Shown one piece after another: positions 18,908-29,859 of a stretch of 64,000 nt of DNA. The notes beneath the pieces are model-generated. The model made no database searches, had not been told where the DNA came from, and saw only the letters and a list, made by a program, of their open reading frames with translations. The stretch comes from Alphaproteobacteria bacterium (GTDB lineage: Bacteria; Pseudomonadota; Alphaproteobacteria; MPNO01). The stretch spans positions 1,888,001 to 1,952,000 of the forward strand of contig CBDFLJ010000001.1 of NCBI GenBank assembly GCA_965248835.1, read 5' to 3'. Each line of letters begins with the position of its first letter. The stretch's first letter is position 1. The translations under genes were made by a program, and so were the position numbers.

Positions 18908-19390
18908 GAAGCCCGTCCGCGCACAGCGCGAAGCGAGTCGGCGATGCGATAGACCAGATAGACCGCCATCAGCGCCAGCTCGACCGGGATGAACCAGCGG
19001 CTGGGCCAGATCGTCACCAGGTCGTCGGCGGTCTCCCACTGTTCTTTCTCGAGCAGGCTCTGATAGGCCGCGGCAACGGTCTCCCAGGTGAACCAAGCCA
19101 GGAAACAGAACGAGATCACGCCGATCGCAACTTCCAGCCCGGCCAGCCGGCGCGGCGGCAGGCCGCGGGTGAACAGCTCGACCGTGATATGGCCTTCATG
19201 GTGGGTGACATAGGCCAACGGGAAGAAGGTCACCGCGACCATGTAGTAGCCCGAGACGATCCCCGTGGTGCCGTCGAACGGGCTGTTAAACAGGACGCGC
19301 GCACCGACATCGGCCACGATGTGCGCCATCATCAGCAGCATCAAAACACCGCCGAGGAAAGTCAGCGCATTGATCGGCCTCTGGATCGTC
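18904..19390 (-). pseudogene. TRAP DctQ small permease, 5'-truncated at CTAG
   Basis: DVGARVLFNSP, HITVELF and WPSRW; the frame hits TAG at about 19390 with no proper start. Confidence 0.75.
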
Positions 19391-19699
19391 TAGTGATCCG
19401 GTCGCAAGCCCCAGCCCCCTATAACCTTGGCCGGTGCGTCTGACCTTTGGCTATCTGCTCCATTATGCCGTCACTATAGGAGAGAACCACCAGCTTCGCC
19501 ATGCGGGCGATATCCCGAGGCATGTCCGCGGCAAGCTTTTTGCCGCGGCCGCCCCGTCGCACCGGTGAGGCCCTGGGCGAGGCGCACGGTCCGGCGATAA
19601 AGACGACGGTCGCGGGCCAGGATTGAACGTAACATGAACTTGAGGCGGGCGGGCCAGAACGCCCCGCCGGCCCGTGGCCGCCCGGTGTTGATGAGGGCG

Positions 19700-20170
19700 C
19701 TGCCGGGTCGTGGCGGCGGGGCCATCGTCGCCAGCGACAAACCGATGCGGGCGTGTCTCTTTGCGTGGCCGCGAATGGAGTGTTTCTCGAAGTTGAAGCC
19801 GTGATCGAGGCGACTCTTGATGCGCTCAAGGGCACTGCAGTGGTTGCAGCCGCGCCGCCACGAGGCAGAGCCGTAGGGCGTTGGTGAGAAGATGCGGCGG
19901 TCGTGTTTGGCCAGATCGACGCGCACGATGCGCCCGTAATCGCCGGCCTTCGAGCCGCCATCCCGCCTCACCGCATTCCGCGGCGCCCCTGGTCGCCGCA
20001 AGGGCTCGAAGCCGCACAGACTCAGCAAGGCCGGGTTGCGGCGCAACGCCGGCAACAGGGACTCGATCGAGAGCTGTTGAAACACCGCCCCGGCAACGCC
20101 TGCACGCCACAGCGCCGCGACCGTATAATCGTTGCGTCCGCTGCCCCCGCGCCGCCTCAAGCGCGGCGAT
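19700..20170 (-). mobile_element. Internally deleted DDE transposase remnant (IS4/IS5/IS1182-like)
   Basis: GRNDY...SIESL...RRNP.L..LCGF N-terminus joined to an RRIF...ERIKSRLD.GF.FEKH.IRG C-terminus. Confidence 0.65.
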
Positions 20171-20407
20171 CATGTGCCAGCGACAGATCCGGAACGCGCG
20201 GTTGATTTGGTATGAGTCGTCCAGCAGAATGTGATAATCTGGGATCTGTCGTTCCTGAACACGCGCCAGAGGCGCAGCAGTCCGGGCGAGAATGCGGCCT
20301 GGCTGTTCAAGCGCGACAACGTCTACGCGGGACGCCAGAGGGCCGAACAGGCTGCTCGGCCAACGCGATAGCATTTGCAGCAGTAATTGATCTGGAGGCC
20401 AGACACG

Positions 20408-21634
20408 ATGAACACGCCCGTCGATTCCAGCCGGTCGCTCCCGGAGATCACCGTCAGAACCGATACCCGCGACATCCTCGCCCATGCCTCGCACGCGGCG
20501 ACGAAGAAGGGTTTCAACGACATGCTGGTCGTCGATGTGGACGCCCATATCACCGAGACCGCGTTCTGGCCGGAGATCGTCGATCGCATCGACAGCGACG
20601 TCATCCAGCAGATGGCCAGATCCTTCCAGGACCGGGCCGGCTCGCCGCCCGGGCTGCTGAATTCCGTGCCGGGCATGGCCTTCCAGGACGTCTATGGCCG
20701 CATCCCGCATCAGCAGGGCCAGTATGAGCCGGTCGAGGCGACCGACGTCCATAAGCAGGTCACTTTGACCCGCCGGGCGATGGACTCGATGGGCATCGAT
20801 TACATGGTGGTCTTCCCGACGCCGATGCTGCTGCTCGGCACCCACCCGCAGGCCGAGGTCGAGGTCGAGCTTGCCTGGGCGTTCAACCGCTGGCTGACCG
20901 AAGAAGTGCTGCCCCAGGAACCGCGGATGAGGGGGCTGATGTACCTGCCCTTCAACACGCCGGAAGTTTGCCCCAAATTCGTCGAGGAGTTCAGCGACAA
21001 GCCGGGCGTGATGGGCTTCACCGTCACCAGCACGCGCTTCAAGGCGGTCCACCACAACTCTTACATGCCGCTCTACTCCGCGCTCGAGGAGCGCAGTTTA
21101 CCGCTTGCCTTCCACGCCGGGTTCAATTGGAACGACGGCTCGATGTCCCAGCTCAACCGGTTCCTGTCGATGCACGCGCTGTCCTTCGTGCATTGCAGCC
21201 TGATCCACATGACCAACTGGATCATCAACGGCCTGCCCGAGCGCTTCCCCAACCTGGACGTGATGTGGATTGAAAGCGGTCTCGCCTGGATCCCCTATTT
21301 GATGCAACGGCTGGATTCGGAATACATGATGCGCTCGTCGGAGGCGCCGCTGCTCAAGCGCAAGCCGAGCGAGTACATGAAGGAGATGTATTTCTCCAGC
21401 CAGCCGATGGAGGCCCAATCGCCCAAGCTGCTCGAGGGGACCTTTGAGGCGATCAATGCCGAAACCCAGCTCCTGTGGTGTTCGGACTGGCCGCACTGGG
21501 ACTTCGATTCACCGTCGGTGATCTGGGACCTGCCGTTCCTGAACGAGCGCCAGAAGCGCAACATTTTGGGCGAGAACGCGGCCCGGCTGTTCAAGCTCGA
21601 CAACCCCTACGCGGCACGCCAGGCGGCCGAATAG
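20408..21634 (+). CDS. Amidohydrolase_2 family protein
   Basis: VDVDAH, GIDYMVVFPT, AFHAG, IESGLAW and SDWPHWD; GGAGG RBS. Confidence 0.88.
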   Translation: MNTPVDSSRSLPEITVRTDTRDILAHASHAATKKGFNDMLVVDVDAHITETAFWPEIVDRIDSDVIQQMARSFQDRAGSPPGLLNSVPGMAFQDVYGRIPHQQGQYEPVEATDVHKQVTLTRRAMDSMGIDYMVVFPTPMLLLGTHPQAEVEVELAWAFNRWLTEEVLPQEPRMRGLMYLPFNTPEVCPKFVEEFSDKPGVMGFTVTSTRFKAVHHNSYMPLYSALEERSLPLAFHAGFNWNDGSMSQLNRFLSMHALSFVHCSLIHMTNWIINGLPERFPNLDVMWIESGLAWIPYLMQRLDSEYMMRSSEAPLLKRKPSEYMKEMYFSSQPMEAQSPKLLEGTFEAINAETQLLWCSDWPHWDFDSPSVIWDLPFLNERQKRNILGENAARLFKLDNPYAARQAAE

Positions 21635-21787
21635 GTTTTTAGGCGGTCCGCTTCAGCAAGCGATCGATGAGATGGCCTCGGTATGTCGGACAGCCTGGCG
21701 GGCCAGCCAAATCAGCCGCTTATAGTGTCCGTCCCGAGGGGTCCCCGACACGGTGAGTGAATATCGCGCGCCGATCGGCATTGATGG

Positions 21788-23176
21788 TCAATCGGGCGTG
21801 TCAATCCCGCGCACCGCGTGCACCAGCCAATGCGCGTTCGCCACGATCCGATGGTCCCCACGAAAATAGCCGATCAGTTGGATACCCAGCGGCATGCCTT
21901 CGACGGAGAGAAGTGGCAGGTTGAGCGCCGGGCAGCCCAGGACCGATGACGGCTCTCCGTAGACCATGTCGCCCACCGGCATGCCGATCGGGGCCGGATC
22001 GATCTGGTTGAGGGTGATGAACCCGTCTACCCGGTGGATGAACGCCTGGTGCCGTGCGCGGAAGGCGATGCACCACTCCAGCGCCTTCGCGTAGTCCTCC
22101 GGTGTCAGCTCCCGACCGGCGACCACGCGTTCCTGCACGCGGGTGCTCAACAGGTCCCAATGGCGGTCGGCGTACATGGCGAGTGGCCAGCGCCCTTCGT
22201 AGGTCAGCATCAGGGCGATGACGTCGCGCAGAGCGATGAGGTCCTGCTCGTACGCTTCGATCTCTGGATCGTCCGTGCGGCAGACAATCTCGACCCCCGT
22301 GGCTGCAAGCCTATCGAGATAGTCTTCGAACGCGGCCCTGGTCGCCTCCGTGGTCGCGGCCCAGCCGGCCGTGTCGAGACGGATCACGCGGGTGGGTTTC
22401 TCGGGCCGCGGCAGCGTCGGCGGTCCGGCGAGGCTGGGATGGCCCGGATCGCCGCCGGCAATGCGCGAGACGCAATGCGATGTGATCCACATATCGGCCA
22501 GCGTCCCGGTGATGAAGCCGACATGGATCAGACTGGGTGCGGACGGGAAACCGCCCAGAGAGTTGATCGCGCCGAACGAGGCCTTCAGCGTGTAGGCGCC
22601 GCAATAGGCCGCGGGTCGCAGGATGGAGCCACGCACCTGCGAGCCGGTTGCAGCCGGCACCATGCGGGCGCCCACCGCTGCGCCGCTGCCGCTGGACGAG
22701 CCGCCGGGGGTGCGGCTGGTATCCCAGGGGTTGCGTGTCGGGCCCGGCCTGGCGAAGGCGAACTCGGTTGTGACGGTCTTGCCGATGATCGCGGCACCCG
22801 CTTTGCGCAGCGCATAGACGCAGGCGCCGTCCCAGCCCGACGACCGGTCCTCGAAGATGGGGCTGCCCACCTGCATGGGCATGTCCTCGGTCTCGTGGAC
22901 GTCCTTGATGGCGACCGGCAGGCCGTCGAGCTCGGTGAGCGGCCGGCCGTCCCGGTAGCGAGCCGTCGAGGCGTCGGCGGCCTTGCGCGCGCCGTCGAGG
23001 TTGAGCGTGACGAACGCCTTTACCGCGGGTTCACGCGCCTCGATGGTCTCGATGCAGCGTTCCAGGTAGGCGCGCGGCGTGTCGTTCCCGTCCGTGAACG
23101 CGGGGACGGCGTCGCTGAACGAAAGCAGCGTGACGGTCTCGGGATCGTACGATTCGGTCTCCATGTCGTCGTTCAT
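21788..23176 (-). CDS. Amidase signature family enzyme
   Basis: GLPVAIKD, GKTVTTEFA, TPGGSSSGS and GSILRPAAYCG. Confidence 0.9.
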   Translation of the reverse strand: MNDDMETESYDPETVTLLSFSDAVPAFTDGNDTPRAYLERCIETIEAREPAVKAFVTLNLDGARKAADASTARYRDGRPLTELDGLPVAIKDVHETEDMPMQVGSPIFEDRSSGWDGACVYALRKAGAAIIGKTVTTEFAFARPGPTRNPWDTSRTPGGSSSGSGAAVGARMVPAATGSQVRGSILRPAAYCGAYTLKASFGAINSLGGFPSAPSLIHVGFITGTLADMWITSHCVSRIAGGDPGHPSLAGPPTLPRPEKPTRVIRLDTAGWAATTEATRAAFEDYLDRLAATGVEIVCRTDDPEIEAYEQDLIALRDVIALMLTYEGRWPLAMYADRHWDLLSTRVQERVVAGRELTPEDYAKALEWCIAFRARHQAFIHRVDGFITLNQIDPAPIGMPVGDMVYGEPSSVLGCPALNLPLLSVEGMPLGIQLIGYFRGDHRIVANAHWLVHAVRGIDTPD

Positions 23177-23242
23177 CGACGCCTCCCCCCTATTGGCTCG
23201 GAACAGCCCGGGGCCCGGCGCCCCGGACCCGGAATATGCTGC

Positions 23243-24217
23243 CTAATTCTTGGGCGGCCAGAGGCCCATTTCCTTGTAGAATTTGATCGCCCCCGGGTGA
23301 TATGGGTTGGAGTGCTTGGCCGCCATCTCGTTCGGCACCATGCGGTTGAACGGTCCGAACGCCAGGGCGAGAGCCTTCTTGTTATTGTAGAGCGTCTTGG
23401 TGGTCAGGTAGACAATCTCCTCGGGCACATGCGCGCCGGTGACTATGTAGAACTGCACCCGCATCATGGCCGTCGGCTCGACCACGCCGGTGTTGGTCTT
23501 CTTTGGCGGCACTATGTTGGGCTCGGCATAGGGTAGCACTTGGTGCATGCGCTGCGCGCCCTCCGGCGTCAGGTCGAAGGAAATGTAGCGCCAACCGTTC
23601 TTCATGGTGGCCATCGCCTTCTTGCCGGCGCCCGAGTTCAAGGGGATATACGCCGTATCCACCTTGCCTTGTGCCAGCGCATCGATGCCCCGGATGAAGG
23701 TCGGCACCGGAAAACGCCTAATGTCGTCGTAGCTCATCCGCTGGGTGGCCAGGATTCCGCCTGTGATGTAGTGGAAGATGCGTCCGCTGGTGTAGTCCGA
23801 TGGCACGCGCTTGCCCTTGAGATCGCTGATCTTGCGGATGGGCGAATCCTTGGGCACGGCGAACGTGCCGTTGATGCGGTACATCACCCCGACGTTGCGC
23901 AGCCCCGTGTTCGGCCGGCCCTTAAAGATCGCCGTTCCGTCATAGGCGAAGGCGGTCTCGCCTTGATTCGCGAAGCCGAAGTCGAGCTTCTTGGCGTGAA
24001 TCAGCGGCAAATAGGTCGAGGAGCCCCCGTAGGGCGCGACCCGGAACTGCAGCTTGCCTATCTGCGCCATCACCTTAGCCACGGCGGTGCCAGAAGCGAA
24101 AGCGAGCGAGCCTTGCGGATTGGTGCCGACGCTGTAGGTCTGCCCATGAGCCGTGACGCCGGACATGGCGACAGCGAAGCCGGCCATGGTTGCTAACGTG
24201 AACTTGCGCATAGTCAT
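23243..24217 (-). CDS. TAXI-family TRAP substrate-binding protein
   Basis: Signal peptide, GTNPQGS, DLKGKRV and PYHPGAIKFYKEMG. Confidence 0.88.
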   Translation of the reverse strand: MTMRKFTLATMAGFAVAMSGVTAHGQTYSVGTNPQGSLAFASGTAVAKVMAQIGKLQFRVAPYGGSSTYLPLIHAKKLDFGFANQGETAFAYDGTAIFKGRPNTGLRNVGVMYRINGTFAVPKDSPIRKISDLKGKRVPSDYTSGRIFHYITGGILATQRMSYDDIRRFPVPTFIRGIDALAQGKVDTAYIPLNSGAGKKAMATMKNGWRYISFDLTPEGAQRMHQVLPYAEPNIVPPKKTNTGVVEPTAMMRVQFYIVTGAHVPEEIVYLTTKTLYNNKKALALAFGPFNRMVPNEMAAKHSNPYHPGAIKFYKEMGLWPPKN

Positions 24218-24254
24218 CCTCCCTCTGCGGTTCTATCAGTGACGCGGAACAATC

Positions 24255-26165
24255 TCATTCGCCCGTGCTCGGTGTCGGCGAAGGTCTGAGTCGGGCCCGA
24301 CGGGATACGATATACTCGCGTCCCAGAATCACCAGCCCGACTGCGGTGCCGGTGAAGGCGACGATGCCGCCGAGCCCGAACGCGGTGTCCGGCACCATGG
24401 CGACCAGGCCGACGACGGCGAGCACGAGCCGGCGCGCGATGTCCAGGGGACGGGTGAAGTAGCCCTCGACGGCGACCGCGACCAAGTAGACGCCAACCGT
24501 GGCGGTCGTCACGTTGACCGCTATTTGCCCAGCCTCGCCGTGCATGATCAGGGTGGGTGAAAGCACGAACAAGAACGGCACGACATAGGCGACCCAGCCG
24601 AGTTTCATCGCCATAAACCCGGTGCGCGTCGGATCCTCCCGAGACAGCGTTGCCGCGGCGAAGGCGGCAAGCGCGATCGGCGGGGTGATCATCGACATCA
24701 TGCCGAAGTAAAGGATGAAAACGTGCGCCGCCAGCGGCAGCACGCCGGCCTCGACCAGCGACGGTGCGACCAACGCGGCGAGCAGCACGTAGACACCCGA
24801 GGTCGGCATGCCCATACCCAACAGGATGCATATGCCCGCGGCGATCAGCAGCAGCACCGCAAGCTGGTCGCCGCCGAGCTCGATCAGGAACAGCGTCAGA
24901 GCGAACCCGCCGCCGCTGAGATTGAGGATACCGATCACGAAGCCCGCGGCCGCGACGATGACGTTGAGCTCGACCATCGCGATGCCGGTATCCCAGAATG
25001 TCGCGAAGAACTCGCGGAGTCGCAGCCGCTTGCCTTTGTAGGAACGAAGCGCACCGCCGACGGCGATGGTGGCGGCGGCGTATAGCGCAGCGATCTCCGG
25101 CTGGGTGTTGAGCTCGAACAGCGCGAAGATCAGCACCATGAAGGGGATGATGAAATGCCAACCTTCCTTGAGGACGGTTCGCGCGCTCGGCAGCGTGTCG
25201 GCAGCGGCGGTGATGTTGTCGCGCGCCGCGACCAAGTCGACCTGTACGAAGACGGCGAAGTAGTAAAGGAGCGCCGGGATCAGCCCGGCGATGATCACAT
25301 CGGTGTAGGGCAGCTCCAGGAACTCCGCCATCAGGAAAGCCGCCGCACCCATGATCGGCGGCATGAACTGACCGCCGGTCGATGCGATCGCCTCGATCGC
25401 TCCTGCCTGGACGCCGGAATAGCCGGAGCGCCGCATCAGCGGGATTGTGATGACCCCTGTCGTAGCGACGTTGGAAACCGCGCTGCCCGAGATCGAACCG
25501 AACAGCGCCGACGCCACCACCGAGATCTTCGCCGCGCCGCCACGTCGGCGGCCCATAGTCGCCATCGCAAGGTCTGTGAAGAACTCGCCGCCGCCGGTCT
25601 TGAACAAGAGCTGGCCCAAGAATATGAACAAGATCACGATGGTGACCGAAACGCTGAGCGCCGCGCCCAGAAGCGCGCTCGGGTCGAAGCCCAGATAGAT
25701 CGGCAGCTCGGCGACCGAGATTGAGCGGCCGGTCAGCGGCGCGGGCACCAGATGTCCGACCATTGCGTAGCCGATGAACCCGAGCACGATGAAGAACAGG
25801 AACAGCCCTGCGGTGCGCCTCAATGCCTCCATGACCAGCACCACGATGACGCAGCCCATCACCAGCATCTCCGGCGGGCCGAATGGCTGCTCGCGCAGGA
25901 AATAGGCGTACCAAATCGCAATCGAAAACAGGACCACCGGCGCGATCAGGGCCACAACCCAGTCGTACCAAGGCACGCGCCTGGCATTGCTGCGATCAGC
26001 GCGGGTCAGCAGATACACCGTCGTAAGCGTCAACCCGGCGGCCACTGCCAGGAACTGCTCCTTGTACAGCGCGATGCCCAAATAGGACGGTATCTGCAGG
26101 GCGAGCAGCAGCGAGAAAAGGGTCATCAACCCGGCGCAGGCTCGCGCGCTGTAGAGCCCTAGCAA
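24255..26165 (-). CDS. TRAP fused 4TM/12TM permease
   Basis: GAAKISVVASALFGSISGSAVSNV, ASTGGQFMPPIMGAAAF and ITPPIALAAF. Confidence 0.9.
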   Translation of the reverse strand: MLGLYSARACAGLMTLFSLLLALQIPSYLGIALYKEQFLAVAAGLTLTTVYLLTRADRSNARRVPWYDWVVALIAPVVLFSIAIWYAYFLREQPFGPPEMLVMGCVIVVLVMEALRRTAGLFLFFIVLGFIGYAMVGHLVPAPLTGRSISVAELPIYLGFDPSALLGAALSVSVTIVILFIFLGQLLFKTGGGEFFTDLAMATMGRRRGGAAKISVVASALFGSISGSAVSNVATTGVITIPLMRRSGYSGVQAGAIEAIASTGGQFMPPIMGAAAFLMAEFLELPYTDVIIAGLIPALLYYFAVFVQVDLVAARDNITAAADTLPSARTVLKEGWHFIIPFMVLIFALFELNTQPEIAALYAAATIAVGGALRSYKGKRLRLREFFATFWDTGIAMVELNVIVAAAGFVIGILNLSGGGFALTLFLIELGGDQLAVLLLIAAGICILLGMGMPTSGVYVLLAALVAPSLVEAGVLPLAAHVFILYFGMMSMITPPIALAAFAAATLSREDPTRTGFMAMKLGWVAYVVPFLFVLSPTLIMHGEAGQIAVNVTTATVGVYLVAVAVEGYFTRPLDIARRLVLAVVGLVAMVPDTAFGLGGIVAFTGTAVGLVILGREYIVSRRARLRPSPTPSTGE

Positions 26166-26267
26166 GCCACTCCCCTTTGCGCCTGCCCGAAGAGAGCCGC
26201 AATTAGGCCGCCTTGTCTGGATCCAGCCGATCCGAAGAGACCGAGGAACGCCATTGCTCGCCGCCCT

Positions 26268-27857
26268 TCAGTCCCATTCCTCGAGGGCCGCCACTCCGGC
26301 GCCGGCGATACGACCGGAGACGAAGCATTCGGCGATGTTGCCGCCAGACATGTAAAGATGGCCGAATGCGCTGCCGAGCTCGCCCGCGGCATAGAGCCTA
26401 GGAATCGGTGCGCCGAACACGTTGACGACTCGCTGACGACCGTCGTGCACCGGACCGCCCTGGGTATTCGACACCACCGGCCACACGGGAGCGCCGTAGA
26501 ACGGCGGCGTGTCGATCGGCATCATGGTGCCGGGTGGACGGCCGAAGTCGTCGTCGCACTCCCCCGTGCACAGCGCGTTCCAGCGCTTAACGCTCTTTTC
26601 CACGGTAGCGGAATCGAGGCGCAGCCCGATGGCGAGTTCGGCGAGCGTGTCCGCGCGAGTCAGGATGCCCGCCTCGACTTCCGCCAGGTTGTCGGTGCTC
26701 CAGTCCAGCCGGACGCCCTCGTCGTTTGATGTCGGCCGGCCCAGCGGATAAAGCTTGCGGCCATTCTCGTCGCAGATCAGGTAGCTCGGGATGCGTGGGT
26801 AGTCCTGCCGCACCGTATCGAACAGCTGCATCTGGCGGTGCCCGGTGTCATGAGTATAGGGCGGATACTCGTTCATGTAGCGTCGGCCATCTCGGTCAAG
26901 CAGGATCCAGGTCATCTTCACCTGGGCGTCACTGATCTCACCGGATTCGTCACGCCGTGCCATGAAGCCGTTGCCACCGGGGCGCCAGTCGGGGAGCCGC
27001 TTGACCCGGATGGCGTAAGGGTAGTCTGGATTGGCACTCTTGAAACCGTAGGCGCCGTGGAAGTGCCACATGTGCCAGAGTTGCGCGCCCATGTCTTGGG
27101 CCATGGTGATCCCGTCGCCTGTGTTGTGCCGCGCCGCGGCGGGGAGGATCGGCCGACCCTCCCAAAACTGGTCCTGCCGCTCGGGACTGCCCTCGAATCC
27201 GCCGGAGGCAAGGATGACGCCGTGCCGCGACTCGATCCGGCTAACGCCATTCGGTCCCTCGACGGTAATGCCTCGGACTTCGGACCCGTCCTCCGACGTG
27301 AGCAACCGCAGTCCGCGCGTGTTCAGCCGGATCTCGACGTCTTCGTTCCTGAGGTTGTCATCGATAATCTTGAACAGCATCGGTCCGCCTGGCGCGCCAT
27401 TGGCCCAGGGATAGACCGCACGGGCGTCGAAGTTCGGCACCGAGACGACGACCGTTTGATAGAATGCGTCGAACCCGGGCAGCGGGTAGTTGGCCCCGGT
27501 CTTGCCGGTCTCGATGGTAGTGATGATCTCCGCGTCGTTCACGGTGGCAAGGTCGCGCACATAAGGCTCGAGCTTCGACATCTCATCGGCAAGTGCGCGG
27601 ATGACGTCATCCGACGTCCGCCCGGCGTTGGTGGCGGTCAGGTAACGGTGGGCTTGCTCGGCATCCGTGGCACAGCGGACCGCACCGTAGGAGCAAATCG
27701 AGATACCGCCCGGCACACCAGTCTTTTCGATCAGCAGTACCCGTGCGCCGGCGCGCGACGCTTCCAGCGCCGAGATGGATCCGGCGAAACCGTAGCCGAC
27801 GACGACGACGTCGAACGTCTCGTCGTACGCGCTCACCGCGCGGGGGATGCCCTCCAT
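26268..27857 (-). CDS. FAD_binding_2 oxidoreductase (fumarate reductase/3-ketosteroid dehydrogenase-like)
   Basis: DVVVVGYGFAG, VILASGGF, NTGDG, TQGGP and LYAAGE. Confidence 0.85.
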   Translation of the reverse strand: MEGIPRAVSAYDETFDVVVVGYGFAGSISALEASRAGARVLLIEKTGVPGGISICSYGAVRCATDAEQAHRYLTATNAGRTSDDVIRALADEMSKLEPYVRDLATVNDAEIITTIETGKTGANYPLPGFDAFYQTVVVSVPNFDARAVYPWANGAPGGPMLFKIIDDNLRNEDVEIRLNTRGLRLLTSEDGSEVRGITVEGPNGVSRIESRHGVILASGGFEGSPERQDQFWEGRPILPAAARHNTGDGITMAQDMGAQLWHMWHFHGAYGFKSANPDYPYAIRVKRLPDWRPGGNGFMARRDESGEISDAQVKMTWILLDRDGRRYMNEYPPYTHDTGHRQMQLFDTVRQDYPRIPSYLICDENGRKLYPLGRPTSNDEGVRLDWSTDNLAEVEAGILTRADTLAELAIGLRLDSATVEKSVKRWNALCTGECDDDFGRPPGTMMPIDTPPFYGAPVWPVVSNTQGGPVHDGRQRVVNVFGAPIPRLYAAGELGSAFGHLYMSGGNIAECFVSGRIAGAGVAALEEWD

Positions 27858-27929
27858 GTTCGCTCCTTATCGGGAAGGGGCCTCATCACTCTGCCCACGG
27901 CCGGAAGCGCTCAATCTTCTCGGTCACCG

Positions 27930-28381
27930 TTTTGGCAGCGTGTCGACAAACTTGAACCAGCGTGGACACTTGTAGTGGACGAGCGCGGCCCGGCAATGGG
28001 CCTTCCAGAACCTCCTTGAGCGCGGCACCAGCGGCGCGCCGGTAGCCCTCGCTCCACTCGACACAATGCGCCTGCATCCCTTCCATCATCCGAAACGCGC
28101 GCGGCAGACACTCGATCGTCGTCGATCGCGGCATGGGATGGTTCTCCCAGAGAATCTCGACCACCCATGGAGTGCTTTGCTCTCAACCCTTGACACGAAC
28201 TCTCATACCTCACCGTCGCCCATTCGCCGTCGCTCAGATCGCTCGGGTCGCGGAGACCGCGGCGTTCTTGCGCACGGCGATGTTCTGCTGTCCACATCGG
28301 GCACCCCATAGCTGCGATTCGGGTGCCACATAAGGCATCACAAACGATCCCACCGATTCAACAACTTTCCGGAACGGCTCA
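27930..28381 (-). mobile_element. Nested IS remnants: IS5 (IS1031-like) 5' end interrupted by an IS256-like 5' fragment
   Basis: MWTAEHRR...PSDLSDGEWA, then GAGAGTTCGTGTCAAG and MPRSTTIECLPRAF...EVLEG. Confidence 0.6.
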
Positions 28382-28561
28382 TAGTGCATCGGCGGTTTCT
28401 CCGCCACGTCGGGCGGCCAGCTTGTCGTGATGATCGCCACGGACGCGAACCCGGCCGCCAAAGCGCCCCGGCTGGCCGCCCGTATTGCGCGGCTAAGGTC
28501 ATGGAAGGCTTGGACAAGGCCAGGTTCGAGAACGCCCGATCGGCCCTGCCGCGGGGCTGCC

Positions 28562-28954
28562 TCAATCGGCGATAAACGCCACCGCCTCGATCTCCACCAG
28601 CCATTCCGGGTCCACCAGGGCGGCCACGGCGACCTGGGTGCTGGCGGGATAGGGCTCGTCGAAGGTCTCCGTGCGGACCTGGTTGATGACATCGCGGTAG
28701 CGTATATCGGCGGCAAAGACGGTGATCTTGATCACGTCATCCAGCGTGCCTCCGGCCTCGGCGACCACGGCCTCGATGTTCTTGAACACTTGGCGCGTCT
28801 GCCCGGCGACATCGCCCTTGCACACTGTGTTGCCGTCGGCATCCCACGGGATCTGTCCGGCAACAAAGACCATCCGCCCGCCCGAGACTTCCCAGCCCGG
28901 GTTGTAGCTCCCCTTGGCCCGGACGGTCGCCGGTTTCAGTGCGCGCTTCCCCAT
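28562..28954 (-). CDS. RidA/YjgF family protein
   Basis: VFVAGQI, QTRQVFKNI, PASTQVAV and LVEIEAVA. Confidence 0.92.
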   Translation of the reverse strand: MGKRALKPATVRAKGSYNPGWEVSGGRMVFVAGQIPWDADGNTVCKGDVAGQTRQVFKNIEAVVAEAGGTLDDVIKITVFAADIRYRDVINQVRTETFDEPYPASTQVAVAALVDPEWLVEIEAVAFIAD

Positions 28955-29859
28955 GGTTCTGCTCCCTCCCTGTCGGTTCAGCCCCGCACGAGCTTGCGCT
29001 TTTTCGGCGATGGCGACAATGGCAGGTATCGTGCAACACGCACTTCTTCTGGAATGCAGTGCCCCAAGCTCAGAACATGAACCAGGGGCCGTGGCGTCAT
29101 CTCGAGGAATATCGAGATCGTTGCCGGGGAGGTGGATGATGGGAAAGTCGCTGCGCTCGCATTCCCGTTTCCCAAAGATTACGAGGAGGCGCCGGACGGT
29201 CAGCCACGGCCAACGGAAAATGGGCGAACTGCAACAAAGCCAAACGCCAGGACCATATCCACGATCATAGGTCCCGCCTGACGTCCGTCGCGGAGATAGA
29301 GACCCTTACCGGGCTGGAGTTCTTTTCGGATGCAGTCAATCGAGAGCATGCGCGCAACGAAGTGCCGACAGCACGTTGGCCGGTTGCCAAGAAGTGTCGG
29401 GATTCCAGAGGATGTGCTGGGCAGAACGAGTTCCGTAGAGGGTCGGTCGGTGCGTCTCGGCGACAATGTCTCTTTGCACTCCGGATTGCGCTGTGGATGA
29501 AGGCGAGATCGACAGCCCGAGCATATGTGCGGTCAGGCGGACAGAATTGCGAAACAGCTCATCGTCGGGACTGGAGGCCGTTCGACGGGACACGACCGCG
29601 TGGCACAGTCCGGGTTGCACCGTCCTGCCGTTTGGTGCGAAATGTTTCGCTGCGTCACTTATCGTCTCGGCTATCCGGGGACTGCGCCTGGATGCGCTTG
29701 GCCATGAATTAACGTATTGATAATGAAAAGACTTCACGCCGCTGTTTTCCCGGTCCAGTTCTCGGTCTTTACCGCGTTGTTTTCCGCGAAAGTGATTCGA
29801 TCAGGGGCATTGTTTCCTTGAAAAAAGTTCGCCCCATGACTCCTTTCTAGGAGGTCCGA

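Noticed and set aside
28960-29850. Long lower-GC intergenic stretch, possible ncRNA or LysR remnant (VDLAFIH on minus)
   Set aside because: No recognisable RNA motif, and the protein similarity is too short to support.
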